Shown here: piece after piece, positions 1 through 9,002 of the stretch
Layout: each line of letters opens with the position of its first letter
Position numbering within the stretch: position 1 is the stretch's first letter
DNA from: an uncultured Methanosarcinales archaeon
GTDB taxonomy: Archaea; Nanobdellota; Nanobdellia; Woesearchaeales; GW2011-AR4
DNA length: 64,000 bases
NCBI GenBank assembly: GCA_964564925.1
Contig: CAZMBY010000002.1
Location: 10,028-74,027, forward strand
Direction of reading: 5' to 3'
Notes under the pieces: generated by a model
Database searches by the model: none
What the model was told of the DNA's origin: nothing
What the model saw: the letters and a program-made list of their open reading frames with translations, nothing else
Position numbers and translations under genes: made by a program

Positions 1-199
1 TTGCTATCCAGTTTCCCTCAATCCTGTATACAGTTACATCTTTTCCTTTGCTATCCTTATAAGTTTCCGTATTTGGAGAACCGGGTTTTGGAAAGAAATC
101 AGGAGTCACGTGCGCTGTAGCGCATCCTGCAGCTAAAGCAGCAAGACCACCTATCCCCAGTTGTTTTAATCTATTAGTTAGATTCCCTTTTGAATTCAT
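1..199 (-). CDS. Putative secreted lipoprotein, N-terminal part only (gene runs off left edge)
   Basis: Reverse-strand ATG at 199 with no stop to the edge. Translation MNSKGNLTNRLKQLGIGGLAALAAGCATAHVTPDFF... has an n-region, an h-region and a canonical lipobox L-A-A-G-C. Absent from the ORF track because it is truncated. Confidence 0.5.
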   Translation of the reverse strand, partial: MNSKGNLTNRLKQLGIGGLAALAAGCATAHVTPDFFPKPGSPNTETYKDSKGKDVTVYRIEGNWIA

Positions 200-260
200 A
201 AAAATCCCCAATTAAAGTATACTAATCTTTATGTATTTAAAAAATTTTCGTTTTCAGTTC

Positions 261-1271
261 TCAAATCATGTTTAGCTCTTTAGCAATTTCAGGCTCATTA
301 ATCAATGTGGTGGTAATATGCAAGAAAGTCCAAACCATAAAAATCTTGAGGGAAAAAAAATAATGGGTTATTGCGGATGAAATTAAGCCGCTCTTGCCAA
401 TCACCAGGAAGCCGGTTCCAAACACCAACAGGTTTGCAAGAATATTAATAGCGATGTAACCCTTGATGGTGAAATAGAAAGGCGCCTTGCTATTGATCCA
501 GCTGACTTTGTTGTAATAAAATATCACCCAAGTGATAAAATGATAGATTGTGACAAATGAAAGGAAATAAGCAAAATGAATGTGCATAACCCAGTTTTTT
601 ATCAGGGGCGGCAGTATAAGCAAAGCGGAAGCAATTGCAATCCCCAAAAATACATGCTTGCTTCCAATGTAGTCTAATGCTATAAAGACAAAGAAGATGA
701 CTGCGAGAGCAAAAAATGCGATGAAAATCCAGCCCGGAATATAATTAACAGGCATTTCAACCACATCTGGCTGATTTGAGAGTGACAATCTGTCAAGCCT
801 GAGGAGACTTGAAAAGCTTGAAGTGTTGACCAGCGGCAAAAACAGGTATGCAAACAGGAAAAATAGGAAAAAAGCCCATAGAAGAGCCTTTTTGCGCGCG
901 ATTCCAAAATATTCCTGGCACATCCTTGCATCGTTAATCAAAAGATGTAGAAGGAAGTAAGACGTTAAAAAAACAAGGCCATAGACCGCGAATTTCGTCC
1001 TATAGTAGATATAGATGTAAGCAATTGCCAAAACGGCAGCAGAAGAAATGAATATCGCCTGCGCTTTGTGCCTTTGAAGTTTTTTGGAAAATGTTACGTA
1101 CTGGTAAAAATAACTGGTTATGAAATGCCCTTGCCCGAGCACAATCATCGCCAGCAAGACAAAGCTCCACTTTGAGATATTTGAAGAATAGAAAAATGAG
1201 CCAATATACACAACAAGCCCGGATATAATTATAGATGCAAGCTTGTTCTTAAAAAACTCGGCCATTCTCAT
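261..1271 (-). CDS. Polytopic membrane protein, family not recognised
   Basis: ORF track 261..1295 starts at GTG; the first ATG is at 1271 (MRMAEFF). The protein is almost entirely hydrophobic helices. It lies 43 nt downstream of the Lnt-like gene on the same strand. Confidence 0.6.
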   Translation of the reverse strand: MRMAEFFKNKLASIIISGLVVYIGSFFYSSNISKWSFVLLAMIVLGQGHFITSYFYQYVTFSKKLQRHKAQAIFISSAAVLAIAYIYIYYRTKFAVYGLVFLTSYFLLHLLINDARMCQEYFGIARKKALLWAFFLFFLFAYLFLPLVNTSSFSSLLRLDRLSLSNQPDVVEMPVNYIPGWIFIAFFALAVIFFVFIALDYIGSKHVFLGIAIASALLILPPLIKNWVMHIHFAYFLSFVTIYHFITWVIFYYNKVSWINSKAPFYFTIKGYIAINILANLLVFGTGFLVIGKSGLISSAITHYFFSLKIFMVWTFLHITTTLINEPEIAKELNMI

Positions 1272-1314
1272 GCTTGACAGATAAACATCCCTCACTTAAA
1301 TAATTTTCCAAAAA

Positions 1315-2718
1315 TTATGTTTTTTTCATTTTCCAGATTATCAAAAGTCCAAGGATGATCAACCATGTATGAAAGACGAGATTGTCCAGCTTCGTATACA
1401 AAGTCTTGTTTTTCACAAGCTTCACTTCGCCCAGAAGAATCCCTCTTTTATACGGCTCAATCCTTGATGTGACTTTTCCGAAGGGGTTGACTATTTTTGT
1501 TATCCCTGTATTTGTTGCTCTTGCCAGGTATTTACCATTTTCAGCAGCCCTAAGATTTGTGTATAACTCAATGAGCTTAAATCCTGAAGTCTCGTCAAGT
1601 TTCTGGTCATTTGCCATTGATACAAGCAAGACACTATCATCATTGACCATCTTCCTGCTTATCATGCTTTGTGTTTCCTCATAGCATAGGGAAATCCCTA
1701 TATTTCCAATATCCGAGCGTATAACCCTTATTTCATCACCTGGAACAACCCATTTTTCAAACGGTATCGGGCGCACAGAATCGTAGGATTGAAGTTCACC
1801 GTCTTGCGAAAAAAACAATGCTTTGTCTTTTCTCAGCCTATTTTTTCCGTAATACCCTTGCTGCCATTCAATTGCTCCTACAATCAGGTTAGAATTTGTC
1901 TGCCTTGCCAAATCAAAAAGCCTGTTTTGAAATTTTTTGTCATTGGTGACGTCATCAAGAATAGAGTATTCCGGCCAGATTATGATTACAGGGTGATACT
2001 TGCTTGCTTCCAGCGAAAGATTCCTGTAAGTTTCAAAAATAATGCCCTTGGCATTATTTGCCCTCCAGCTGTCATTCTGATTGAAATTGCCCTGAATTAG
2101 CGCTATCTTGACGCTATTACCTTTTGTATCTGCAAAATTGCTGTACACGAACAGTCCAAGAAATATTAAACCCAATAAAATGCCACCTAATGCCACATAT
2201 TTGTCCCTTGACTCAACATAATATGCGGCTATAGAATTAAATAAGATTAGAAGAAAGGTAATTCCGGTGCTGCCTATAATCCATATCAAAGGCGCTGTCA
2301 TAGGGAAAAACATTGAAATATCCACCCAGTAGCTTCCGGTGGGGCCAATCATAAAAATTATCTGGAGCACTGACCATATGAAAGGAGGCACAAGAACCAA
2401 GAAGACGCCTTTTATCCTTTTGGAGACGACATTGGTCAAAATGCAAAATAGACAAAGGAAAAGAATGCACATCAATATGGACAAGATGAAAACGCTGAAC
2501 TTGTACCTTATTACCCAGAGGAATGATAAGGGGGCCGCCATCGAAATCGCTGCAAATGCCACAAGCTGATTCAGGAAAGGCTTCCTCTGGCTTAACAAAA
2601 TCAATGGCACAACAAAGAAAAAAACAGCAGGTGGAAATCCGTTGGTCATTACAAACAAAAGTACAACAAATCCAATCCCAAGCAATAAATTGAATTTTAT
2701 GGAATTTGCTTTTGCCAT
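1315..2718 (-). CDS. lnt: Apolipoprotein N-acyltransferase-like protein (N-terminal TM bundle + carbon-nitrogen hydrolase domain + C-terminal TM)
   Basis: About 6 N-terminal TM helices are followed by CN-hydrolase motifs VKIALIQGNF, IIIWPEYS (Glu) and IGISLCYEE (Cys), then a terminal TM helix. This is the Lnt architecture. The expected catalytic Lys region reads YDSVRPIPFEKW, so the Lys is not evident. Confidence 0.6.
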   Translation of the reverse strand: MAKANSIKFNLLLGIGFVVLLFVMTNGFPPAVFFFVVPLILLSQRKPFLNQLVAFAAISMAAPLSFLWVIRYKFSVFILSILMCILFLCLFCILTNVVSKRIKGVFLVLVPPFIWSVLQIIFMIGPTGSYWVDISMFFPMTAPLIWIIGSTGITFLLILFNSIAAYYVESRDKYVALGGILLGLIFLGLFVYSNFADTKGNSVKIALIQGNFNQNDSWRANNAKGIIFETYRNLSLEASKYHPVIIIWPEYSILDDVTNDKKFQNRLFDLARQTNSNLIVGAIEWQQGYYGKNRLRKDKALFFSQDGELQSYDSVRPIPFEKWVVPGDEIRVIRSDIGNIGISLCYEETQSMISRKMVNDDSVLLVSMANDQKLDETSGFKLIELYTNLRAAENGKYLARATNTGITKIVNPFGKVTSRIEPYKRGILLGEVKLVKNKTLYTKLDNLVFHTWLIILGLLIIWKMKKT

Positions 2719-2731
2719 TTTTGAGCTAGAG

Positions 2732-4372
2732 TTAGCGTAACATTTTGCTTAAACAGTAAAAGTCAGTCCTGTTGATGTATCCCGCAAAAACCTTAACGTC
2801 GCAAATATCGCCTTTGCTTGGATGCCTGCTTATGCACTTCTCATTTCTCCAATCCATCCTGTATTCAGGCCTTAAATCCACAGGAGCCTCTTCTGTGCAG
2901 TACTTTCTTGGCAGCCAGCATCGGTAGTTGACTTTTACATTGTTGCTCTTTGGCATAATCCATGCCGTAACATTGACTTCTTCTTGTGGACGGAGGCAGT
3001 CAATGACAGACTCAAACCAGTTGAAATCATTGTATTGCACCCTGTACTTGATCAATTTGCTCTGTTCCGGGCTTATGCTATAATTTAAGATTGTTGCATT
3101 TCCAAACTCCACATGAAGCCCTCCAAAAGAGCCGCTTTGGTTGCTGCATTCCGGGCCAAACCCTTTATTCCTTACAGTAAGCACAACTTGATAATATTCT
3201 CCAGCCCGAATATCCTCTGGCGCATCAATTGAAACGTCACATGATGGGGCTGCAAGCTCTTTAAATGAAAACATCAGGAGCAACATTCCTATTCCCAAAC
3301 CGATGACAATCTTATGCCATTTTTTCATGGAAAAGAAATTTATCAAGGAATCTGAGCCCAATGCGCCGATTATTAAAAGAGGTCCTGCAGCAAAATACCT
3401 GAATTTTGTTGAATTAAGGAAGGCTGCTCCAGCTATTGCACCCAAGAATAGCAAAAATCTGTTTTTTTGCTCTTTGAAGTTGAAGGATAGCGCGGCAAAT
3501 CCGGCCAGCACCATTATCGATGTGAAGACTCCAAATTCATTTTTTATGTTTTGGTACCCTGGCGTTTCCAGATCTCTCCTGTTGAATGCAACCTTAAAAT
3601 ACTCCTCATGGCCTTCCTGCAATGTTATCAAAGACTCTTCTATCATGGAAATCGGCGAGTAGTCAATCCCTATAATATACACTGAAGCAATATGCCCAAG
3701 GATTAAAGGAAGGATTATAAGGCAATAATGGGCCAACATTATTCTCTTATTCCTGAAGCTGAAAAAAGCAAGCAATCCAATGGCAAAAAAAACCAAAAGA
3801 AAAACCTGCCATGTCAAAGCAAGCAAAGCCAAAAAAAAAGTTGCCATTGCAAAATTAAAATCAAACTTCTTTGTTTTGCACACAAAATATACGCTGCAGA
3901 TCATAAATAATATGCCTAATGCCTCTTCTGTGTAATAATTCTTGTTTGTTACCCTTATTGCCACAGGTGTTATCGCAAACAGTATAGAAAAAAACATGGC
4001 AGAATCCAAATTAAAGAGCGTTTTGACAGCAAAAAATCCAGCAAAGAAAATCACTAAATAAAGGAGCACAGGAAAATAAGAGATGTAGTCATTAAAATTA
4101 ACCCCAAAAATCTTGACTACCTTATAAGTTGGCACAGACAGGTATGCCGGAAACGGCGGATAGTTTTCCCTGTAACTGTAGCCTGCAAAGGTCGTGTTAT
4201 CCTCTTTTAAGTACGCTCCAGTTTGCTCCAAATATTCTGCTCTTGAGAAATAAAAAGCGACTGTGTTTGCAGTCATGGTGTTATGGGGAACTTGGGTTCT
4301 CAAATACAATCCAACAAAAAGGAAAATCAGAACTATCAAGAACTTCAATGCAATAACCTTTTTGTTGTTCAT
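2732..4372 (-). CDS. GT-C-like polytopic membrane protein (PMT/ArnT/STT3-like layout) with extracytoplasmic C-terminal domain
   Basis: ATG at 4372 (MNNKKVIALK). About 12-13 hydrophobic helices fill the first ~385 aa, followed by a ~170-aa Cys-containing beta-rich tail. The function call rests on architecture only. Confidence 0.45.
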   Translation of the reverse strand: MNNKKVIALKFLIVLIFLFVGLYLRTQVPHNTMTANTVAFYFSRAEYLEQTGAYLKEDNTTFAGYSYRENYPPFPAYLSVPTYKVVKIFGVNFNDYISYFPVLLYLVIFFAGFFAVKTLFNLDSAMFFSILFAITPVAIRVTNKNYYTEEALGILFMICSVYFVCKTKKFDFNFAMATFFLALLALTWQVFLLVFFAIGLLAFFSFRNKRIMLAHYCLIILPLILGHIASVYIIGIDYSPISMIEESLITLQEGHEEYFKVAFNRRDLETPGYQNIKNEFGVFTSIMVLAGFAALSFNFKEQKNRFLLFLGAIAGAAFLNSTKFRYFAAGPLLIIGALGSDSLINFFSMKKWHKIVIGLGIGMLLLMFSFKELAAPSCDVSIDAPEDIRAGEYYQVVLTVRNKGFGPECSNQSGSFGGLHVEFGNATILNYSISPEQSKLIKYRVQYNDFNWFESVIDCLRPQEEVNVTAWIMPKSNNVKVNYRCWLPRKYCTEEAPVDLRPEYRMDWRNEKCISRHPSKGDICDVKVFAGYINRTDFYCLSKMLR

Positions 4373-4373
4373 T

Positions 4374-5570
4374 TCAGTTTTTAGTGTAATACAGGCCAAG
4401 CGGCTTATTCATGTTAAAGGTTTTGAACTTGATTTCCTGCATGCAATAATCTTTCATCGTGCCATTTAAGGTATTGCAAGCTTTGATTGCGCTGGTTAGG
4501 TTATACACCGCAATCAATTCAACTGCACTGTCAATGCACATCTTATTGTCATCTTCATTTCCATGCATGCATACCTTGTTTAATAATTCGGGATTTCTGT
4601 CTATTGCTCGGTAACTGGGATAGCCCAAACCGTAGAAACAGCCGAGCCTTTGAGTCCTGTTCATACCTAAACATTTTTCTATTGCCCTTTCTACAGATCT
4701 GTTGTCGGATTTATCAATCAAGTCTGTTACCATATATCTGTAGCATGCCGCTGGAAAATCCTGAATTTCCTGGCATGGATAAAGCACCGGCCTATTTTCA
4801 TGAAAATTTTCTGAAGATATCTTATATTCCATAAAAACCCCAGTGGCGCAGTAAAAAACTGCAGCATCATCTTTCAGAGACCTGCAATAACTTAAAGCAT
4901 CTACCAAGTCATAATCAGAAGCAAACAAGACTCCATGACCTATTGCATGATAGCAGTTTCCTTTAACTATGAATTTTAAAACTTCGGGCTTATTGCAGAA
5001 TTCTTCAAAAAACTCACTTGCATTCTCAAAGTTAATTGAAAAATGCCCTTCCTGCCCCAATTGCCTAATCCTGCTTTTTGGAAATACCTCGCTCAATAAT
5101 TCCATCAAAACGCCGTGGAAGCAGCCAGAGGTGCATCCAGCGCCACAGATGCCCATCGAGATTCCCAAATCCTGTGTTCTGTTGAAGATTGCCCTGCCGA
5201 GAGGGTGGCCTATAGAATGGCAGTATTTTTTTTCCTCGATAACGCTTAACATCGCCTTAGGCCCAATCTTGTTGTAATATTCCTGAAAAATTTCAACAGG
5301 CGGAATAGTTGAATAATTTGCGATTGCCTTTCGGAAACTTTTAATTTCCACATTACTTTCATTTACTTCATAATCAGTGTGCAGAGATTTTTCCGAGGAC
5401 ATTTCCATATCAAATTCAGAATCACCTGCTCCAGTTCCTTGTGTATAGTATTTTTCTGGCAAAGAAACAATAATTGGCGTCGGTTTAAGATTCTGGAACA
5501 GCAATGCAATTAAGAATAAAACTGAAAAAATAAGTGCAATCCTCAAGGTCCATATTTTGTTTTTTTTCAT
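4374..5570 (-). CDS. Secreted/anchored Cys- and His-rich protein with repeated C-x-H/Y-x-x-G motifs
   Basis: N-terminal signal/anchor MKKNKIWTLRIALIFSVLFLIALLF. Recurrent motifs: CHSIGHPLG, CFHGVL, CYHAIGHGVL, CATGVF, CYRYMV, CFYGLGY. Confidence 0.65.
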   Translation of the reverse strand: MKKNKIWTLRIALIFSVLFLIALLFQNLKPTPIIVSLPEKYYTQGTGAGDSEFDMEMSSEKSLHTDYEVNESNVEIKSFRKAIANYSTIPPVEIFQEYYNKIGPKAMLSVIEEKKYCHSIGHPLGRAIFNRTQDLGISMGICGAGCTSGCFHGVLMELLSEVFPKSRIRQLGQEGHFSINFENASEFFEEFCNKPEVLKFIVKGNCYHAIGHGVLFASDYDLVDALSYCRSLKDDAAVFYCATGVFMEYKISSENFHENRPVLYPCQEIQDFPAACYRYMVTDLIDKSDNRSVERAIEKCLGMNRTQRLGCFYGLGYPSYRAIDRNPELLNKVCMHGNEDDNKMCIDSAVELIAVYNLTSAIKACNTLNGTMKDYCMQEIKFKTFNMNKPLGLYYTKN

Positions 5571-5588
5571 ATCTTTTATCAGCTAAAT

Positions 5589-6959
5589 CTATCTCGTATA
5601 AACAGCAGAGATGAAGCCAACTGCCCTGCCATTCCCCTCATAAATTGAATTTGACAGATTTAATAAGATGAAATTTCTTGCATTCCTAGCTTTCATTGCG
5701 CTGAGGAAAACATACACAGCGTTTTTTGACTCAATTTCCATCTCGCCAACTTTGCCTATGTCAAGGCTTTTTAATATCTTGACCGATTCAATGTCCTCTT
5801 TTGAATTAAGCTCTGTGTTGGTGGCATTGTCAATATGGGAAAAATCCAGGCTCATCAGAACCAATGTTTCCGGATTTGAGAATTTGCCGATATTGTTTCC
5901 TAAATCATCATATTCTGTTTTATTTATGTCGCCTCTTACAAGCACTGGAACGATTTTTGCTTCTGGAAACTTGTATTTCACGAACGGCAGCAAAACCCTT
6001 ATTGACCAGTCATTCATTTGCGCAAAATCGTCTTCTCTGATTTCAAGGCCATTTATCATTTCTAAATCAGCAGTCAATTGGCCGAATGGCGTTGTCCAGT
6101 TCTTTGAGGAAGTCACAACAAAGTCATTTGCGACATACTCGTGGTCTGGGCCTATTATGATTATGCTTGTGTAATTATCTCCCAAAGAGTAAAAAAAGTC
6201 AGCAATCTGACTTAAAGAGTATGGTATTCCGTGAGGCACTACCCCCCCTATAACACCATATAAGTTGGAGGAATCTTTTCTTAAACTTTGGTTCAAATAG
6301 CCATTCGCTTCATAATATCCAGAATCAAGCATGAAAGGCTGCGAATGGGAATATTTGAAATTTTCACTGAGCACCTTATAGATTTTGAAATTCTTTGAGT
6401 ATAACATTAATCTGAAATAATCTAATTTCTGGCTTGTGAGCAGTTTTCCGATTATTGTCTTTTCCCTTACTTTTGGGCGCCCTGAAAAAGCTTTTATAGA
6501 AAAAAAATTTTCCCGATTGCAGGAGTCAATGTAATGGCATGTTCCCAAACCCATCCCTCTTTGGACGAGGATATAGCTTACATTATATTTCTCCATCAAT
6601 TTCTTGGCGTCTTCCTCATTTTGTGAAAAGAAAAACCTGCTCAAGTCCTTGTACCTCTCGCTTACAACCAAAGCCTCTGAAGGGTACACTTTCGATGTCG
6701 CAATCGCTTTTCTGCCTGTATAACCCGTGACTATTGTTCCAAGCTCCCATTCTGTTAAGAACACATCATCTTGTCCTGTATTTTTTTTTATCCATGCAGT
6801 CATGTCATTGAAGTCATCGATATAGAGCATATGTACTTCGCTTTTGTTCAGCCTGCTTGGAATGTACGTTGAGTTTGAATAATCAACCAGAAGAAAAATT
6901 ATGAGGGTTGCCATAATCAGCATGGGTGAATATTTTTTTCCGATTGTGTAAATGTTCAT
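5589..6959 (-). CDS. Membrane-anchored fusion: STT3/AglB-like luminal segment + Memo-like (AmmeMemoRadiSam system protein B family) domain
   Basis: One N-terminal TM. Then AWIKKNTGQDDVFLTEWELGTIVTGYTGRKAI ... EEDAKKLMEKYNVSYILV, which resembles the region around the STT3 WWDYG motif. The C-terminal half has Memo motifs VVPHGIPYS, IIIGPDHE, WTTPFG, LLPFVKY, KIVPVLV, SLDFSH. Confidence 0.65.
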   Translation of the reverse strand: MNIYTIGKKYSPMLIMATLIIFLLVDYSNSTYIPSRLNKSEVHMLYIDDFNDMTAWIKKNTGQDDVFLTEWELGTIVTGYTGRKAIATSKVYPSEALVVSERYKDLSRFFFSQNEEDAKKLMEKYNVSYILVQRGMGLGTCHYIDSCNRENFFSIKAFSGRPKVREKTIIGKLLTSQKLDYFRLMLYSKNFKIYKVLSENFKYSHSQPFMLDSGYYEANGYLNQSLRKDSSNLYGVIGGVVPHGIPYSLSQIADFFYSLGDNYTSIIIIGPDHEYVANDFVVTSSKNWTTPFGQLTADLEMINGLEIREDDFAQMNDWSIRVLLPFVKYKFPEAKIVPVLVRGDINKTEYDDLGNNIGKFSNPETLVLMSLDFSHIDNATNTELNSKEDIESVKILKSLDIGKVGEMEIESKNAVYVFLSAMKARNARNFILLNLSNSIYEGNGRAVGFISAVYTR

Positions 6960-7065
6960 TGTTATCCCTGTCTCTTTTTATTGGGCTTATTTATCAATAT
7001 TTTGAATTTAAAAAGAATCTTCCTTAGGATTTCACCTCCGAATTCAATTTAAGCAATAAATCCAC

Positions 7066-7080
7066 AGAAAACTATAAATA
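7066..7080 (+). promoter_or_regulatory. BRE/TATA promoter for leaderless TPR gene
   Basis: agaaaactataaata. TATA 8-mer starts at 7073, 30 nt before ATG 7103. Confidence 0.5.
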
Positions 7081-7102
7081 TGCTTGATGTGATTACTAAC
7101 GC

Positions 7103-8188
7103 ATGTCAAAAAAATGGGCTTTAATAAGCATATCCTTAGCAATGGTTCTTATAGGCGTATCTTATTTTTTCTTTCCTGACTTCTTTAAAATGAACCCGAT
7201 TGTACAAAAGATATTCCACGAGCCAGTTAAGCTAAACATACCTTTGGAGTTTCAAAAAGCAAGCACGCTTCAAGAGCAAGGGAAGTATGCAGAATCCATC
7301 GAGTTGTATAAAAAAATAATAGAAATCGAGCCGAATAATTACTTGGCAACGATTGGATTGGCAGAATCTTACAGAAAAATCGGGCTTTTTAATGAAGCAA
7401 TCAAAGCTTTCAACAAAACGCTTAGTTTTGATAATTATGATTACAAAGCATTTTCAGGACTTGGAAATTCTTATTTTGATAAAGGTGACTACGAACAATC
7501 TTATTATTACTTCAACCAAGCTTACAATCTAAAGCCAGATGAAAAGGGGATAACTCTTGCCTTGCTTGAGATTATGAATCGGATTGGCATGTATGATGCA
7601 ACAATAGAATTAGCAAATCTTTCAATAAGCAAGTTTGGAGAAACTGCCAATGCATACAGGAGAATGGCAACTGCTTATCTTTTAAAAGGAGAAATTGGCG
7701 CTGCTATCGTTTATGCAAAAAAAGCTGAAAAAATTGTTGAATTTCGCGGAAATCACTTGGTTCTTGGCTATATATACTTGGCAATGAATGAAACCCAAAA
7801 TGCTATTATAGAGTTTCAAAATGCATCAAAGTCAAGGAAAAGCATTAGCATTTATGAAGGCATCTCACTTGCATACTTGATGGAAGGCAACAAAGAGGAA
7901 TACCTTAAGCATAAAGCTATCGCTTCCCTGTACCAAAAAGACAGTTTTGCCTTGAGTTTGTTTGGATATTCTATGCTTAATCTCAACCAATTTGAATTGG
8001 CAATACACGAGTTTAATGCCTCTATTGCTATTTTGCCATCTTATTATCTTCCCTACAAAGGCATGGGTGAGACTTTACTAAAGACAGGCCAAAAAGACAA
8101 AGCAGCTTTCTATCTCCAAAAAGCTGCTGAATTAAGCTCATTTGACCAAGAAACAGAGGTTTTGCTGGATGAAGCTAAAAAGATATAA
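7103..8188 (+). CDS. Membrane-anchored TPR repeat protein
   Basis: N-terminal TM followed by multiple 34-aa TPR-like repeats (for example AESIELYKKIIEIEPNNYLATIGLAESY and YEQSYYYFNQAYNLKPDE). Confidence 0.85.
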   Translation: MSKKWALISISLAMVLIGVSYFFFPDFFKMNPIVQKIFHEPVKLNIPLEFQKASTLQEQGKYAESIELYKKIIEIEPNNYLATIGLAESYRKIGLFNEAIKAFNKTLSFDNYDYKAFSGLGNSYFDKGDYEQSYYYFNQAYNLKPDEKGITLALLEIMNRIGMYDATIELANLSISKFGETANAYRRMATAYLLKGEIGAAIVYAKKAEKIVEFRGNHLVLGYIYLAMNETQNAIIEFQNASKSRKSISIYEGISLAYLMEGNKEEYLKHKAIASLYQKDSFALSLFGYSMLNLNQFELAIHEFNASIAILPSYYLPYKGMGETLLKTGQKDKAAFYLQKAAELSSFDQETEVLLDEAKKI

Positions 8189-8224
8189 TATTGATAGGAG
8201 TTATCGTCGTCAAAATTCAAAAAC

Positions 8225-8239
8225 CGAAAGCTTTAAATA
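8225..8239 (+). promoter_or_regulatory. BRE/TATA promoter
   Basis: cgaaagctttaaata lies 42 nt before ATG 8274. Its position excludes the TTG at 8247 as the start. Confidence 0.45.
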
Positions 8240-8273
8240 GTGATAATTGATATATGGATATTTGGGGAATAAT

Positions 8274-8864
8274 ATGAATGTCGAAAATGGCTTATACTCT
8301 AAAGTGCAGCCAGGGGACAGCCCATATCATAGTCCAAAGGAAATGGGCAGAAGAGGATTCTTAACTGGTCTTGCAGCGATAGCTGGTTTAGGCACTACTT
8401 TAGGCGCTTGCGCGACAACTGCACCATCAAGTCCAACTGCCTATGCAATGTCAGCTCCTAACAGTCAGGTAGATGCGGCTTCTCTGTCAGATATTCCTAA
8501 TTTAGACGGGAAGGTTTTTTCTTTATACCTTCCTATACGGGGAGAGGAAGGAACAGAATATGTGATTAGGCAAAAAGGATTGTATATTGAAGTTGAATTA
8601 TTAAATACCCCACTCGGTTCAAGAAGAGCTAGGACCCCTGTTCAAGCTAGGGCAACTATCACTAAGAAATCAACTGAAGGAAATTTTGAATTAAAAGGTG
8701 ACTACTATATTTCTTTATTTGACCGCCCTATTCACGACCACTGGAACATTCTTTACGACAGTTTTCTTAAGCTGGATGTGAGTGGGAGATATGTAATCGA
8801 TTTGAAATCTAGATCTGGTCTTAGAGGGTCATATCGCCGATCAATTCTAGTAGAAAAACAGTAA
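8274..8864 (+). CDS. Putative Tat-exported lipoprotein
   Basis: Twin-arginine motif GRRGFLTGL, then h-region AAIAGLGTT, then lipobox L-G-A-C. The mature part has no recognised domain. Confidence 0.6.
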   Translation: MNVENGLYSKVQPGDSPYHSPKEMGRRGFLTGLAAIAGLGTTLGACATTAPSSPTAYAMSAPNSQVDAASLSDIPNLDGKVFSLYLPIRGEEGTEYVIRQKGLYIEVELLNTPLGSRRARTPVQARATITKKSTEGNFELKGDYYISLFDRPIHDHWNILYDSFLKLDVSGRYVIDLKSRSGLRGSYRRSILVEKQ

Positions 8865-9002
8865 ACATTGGTTATCTCACTTTATTCTGGAATATCAAAT
8901 TATATTTAAGCCATCTTCGCTAAGATTAATGCATCTTGTATCCTATGCCTTTCCAAAAAATTTATATATTTGCTGAAAAAGTCAACATTCAAAGGGGGCA
9001 AT

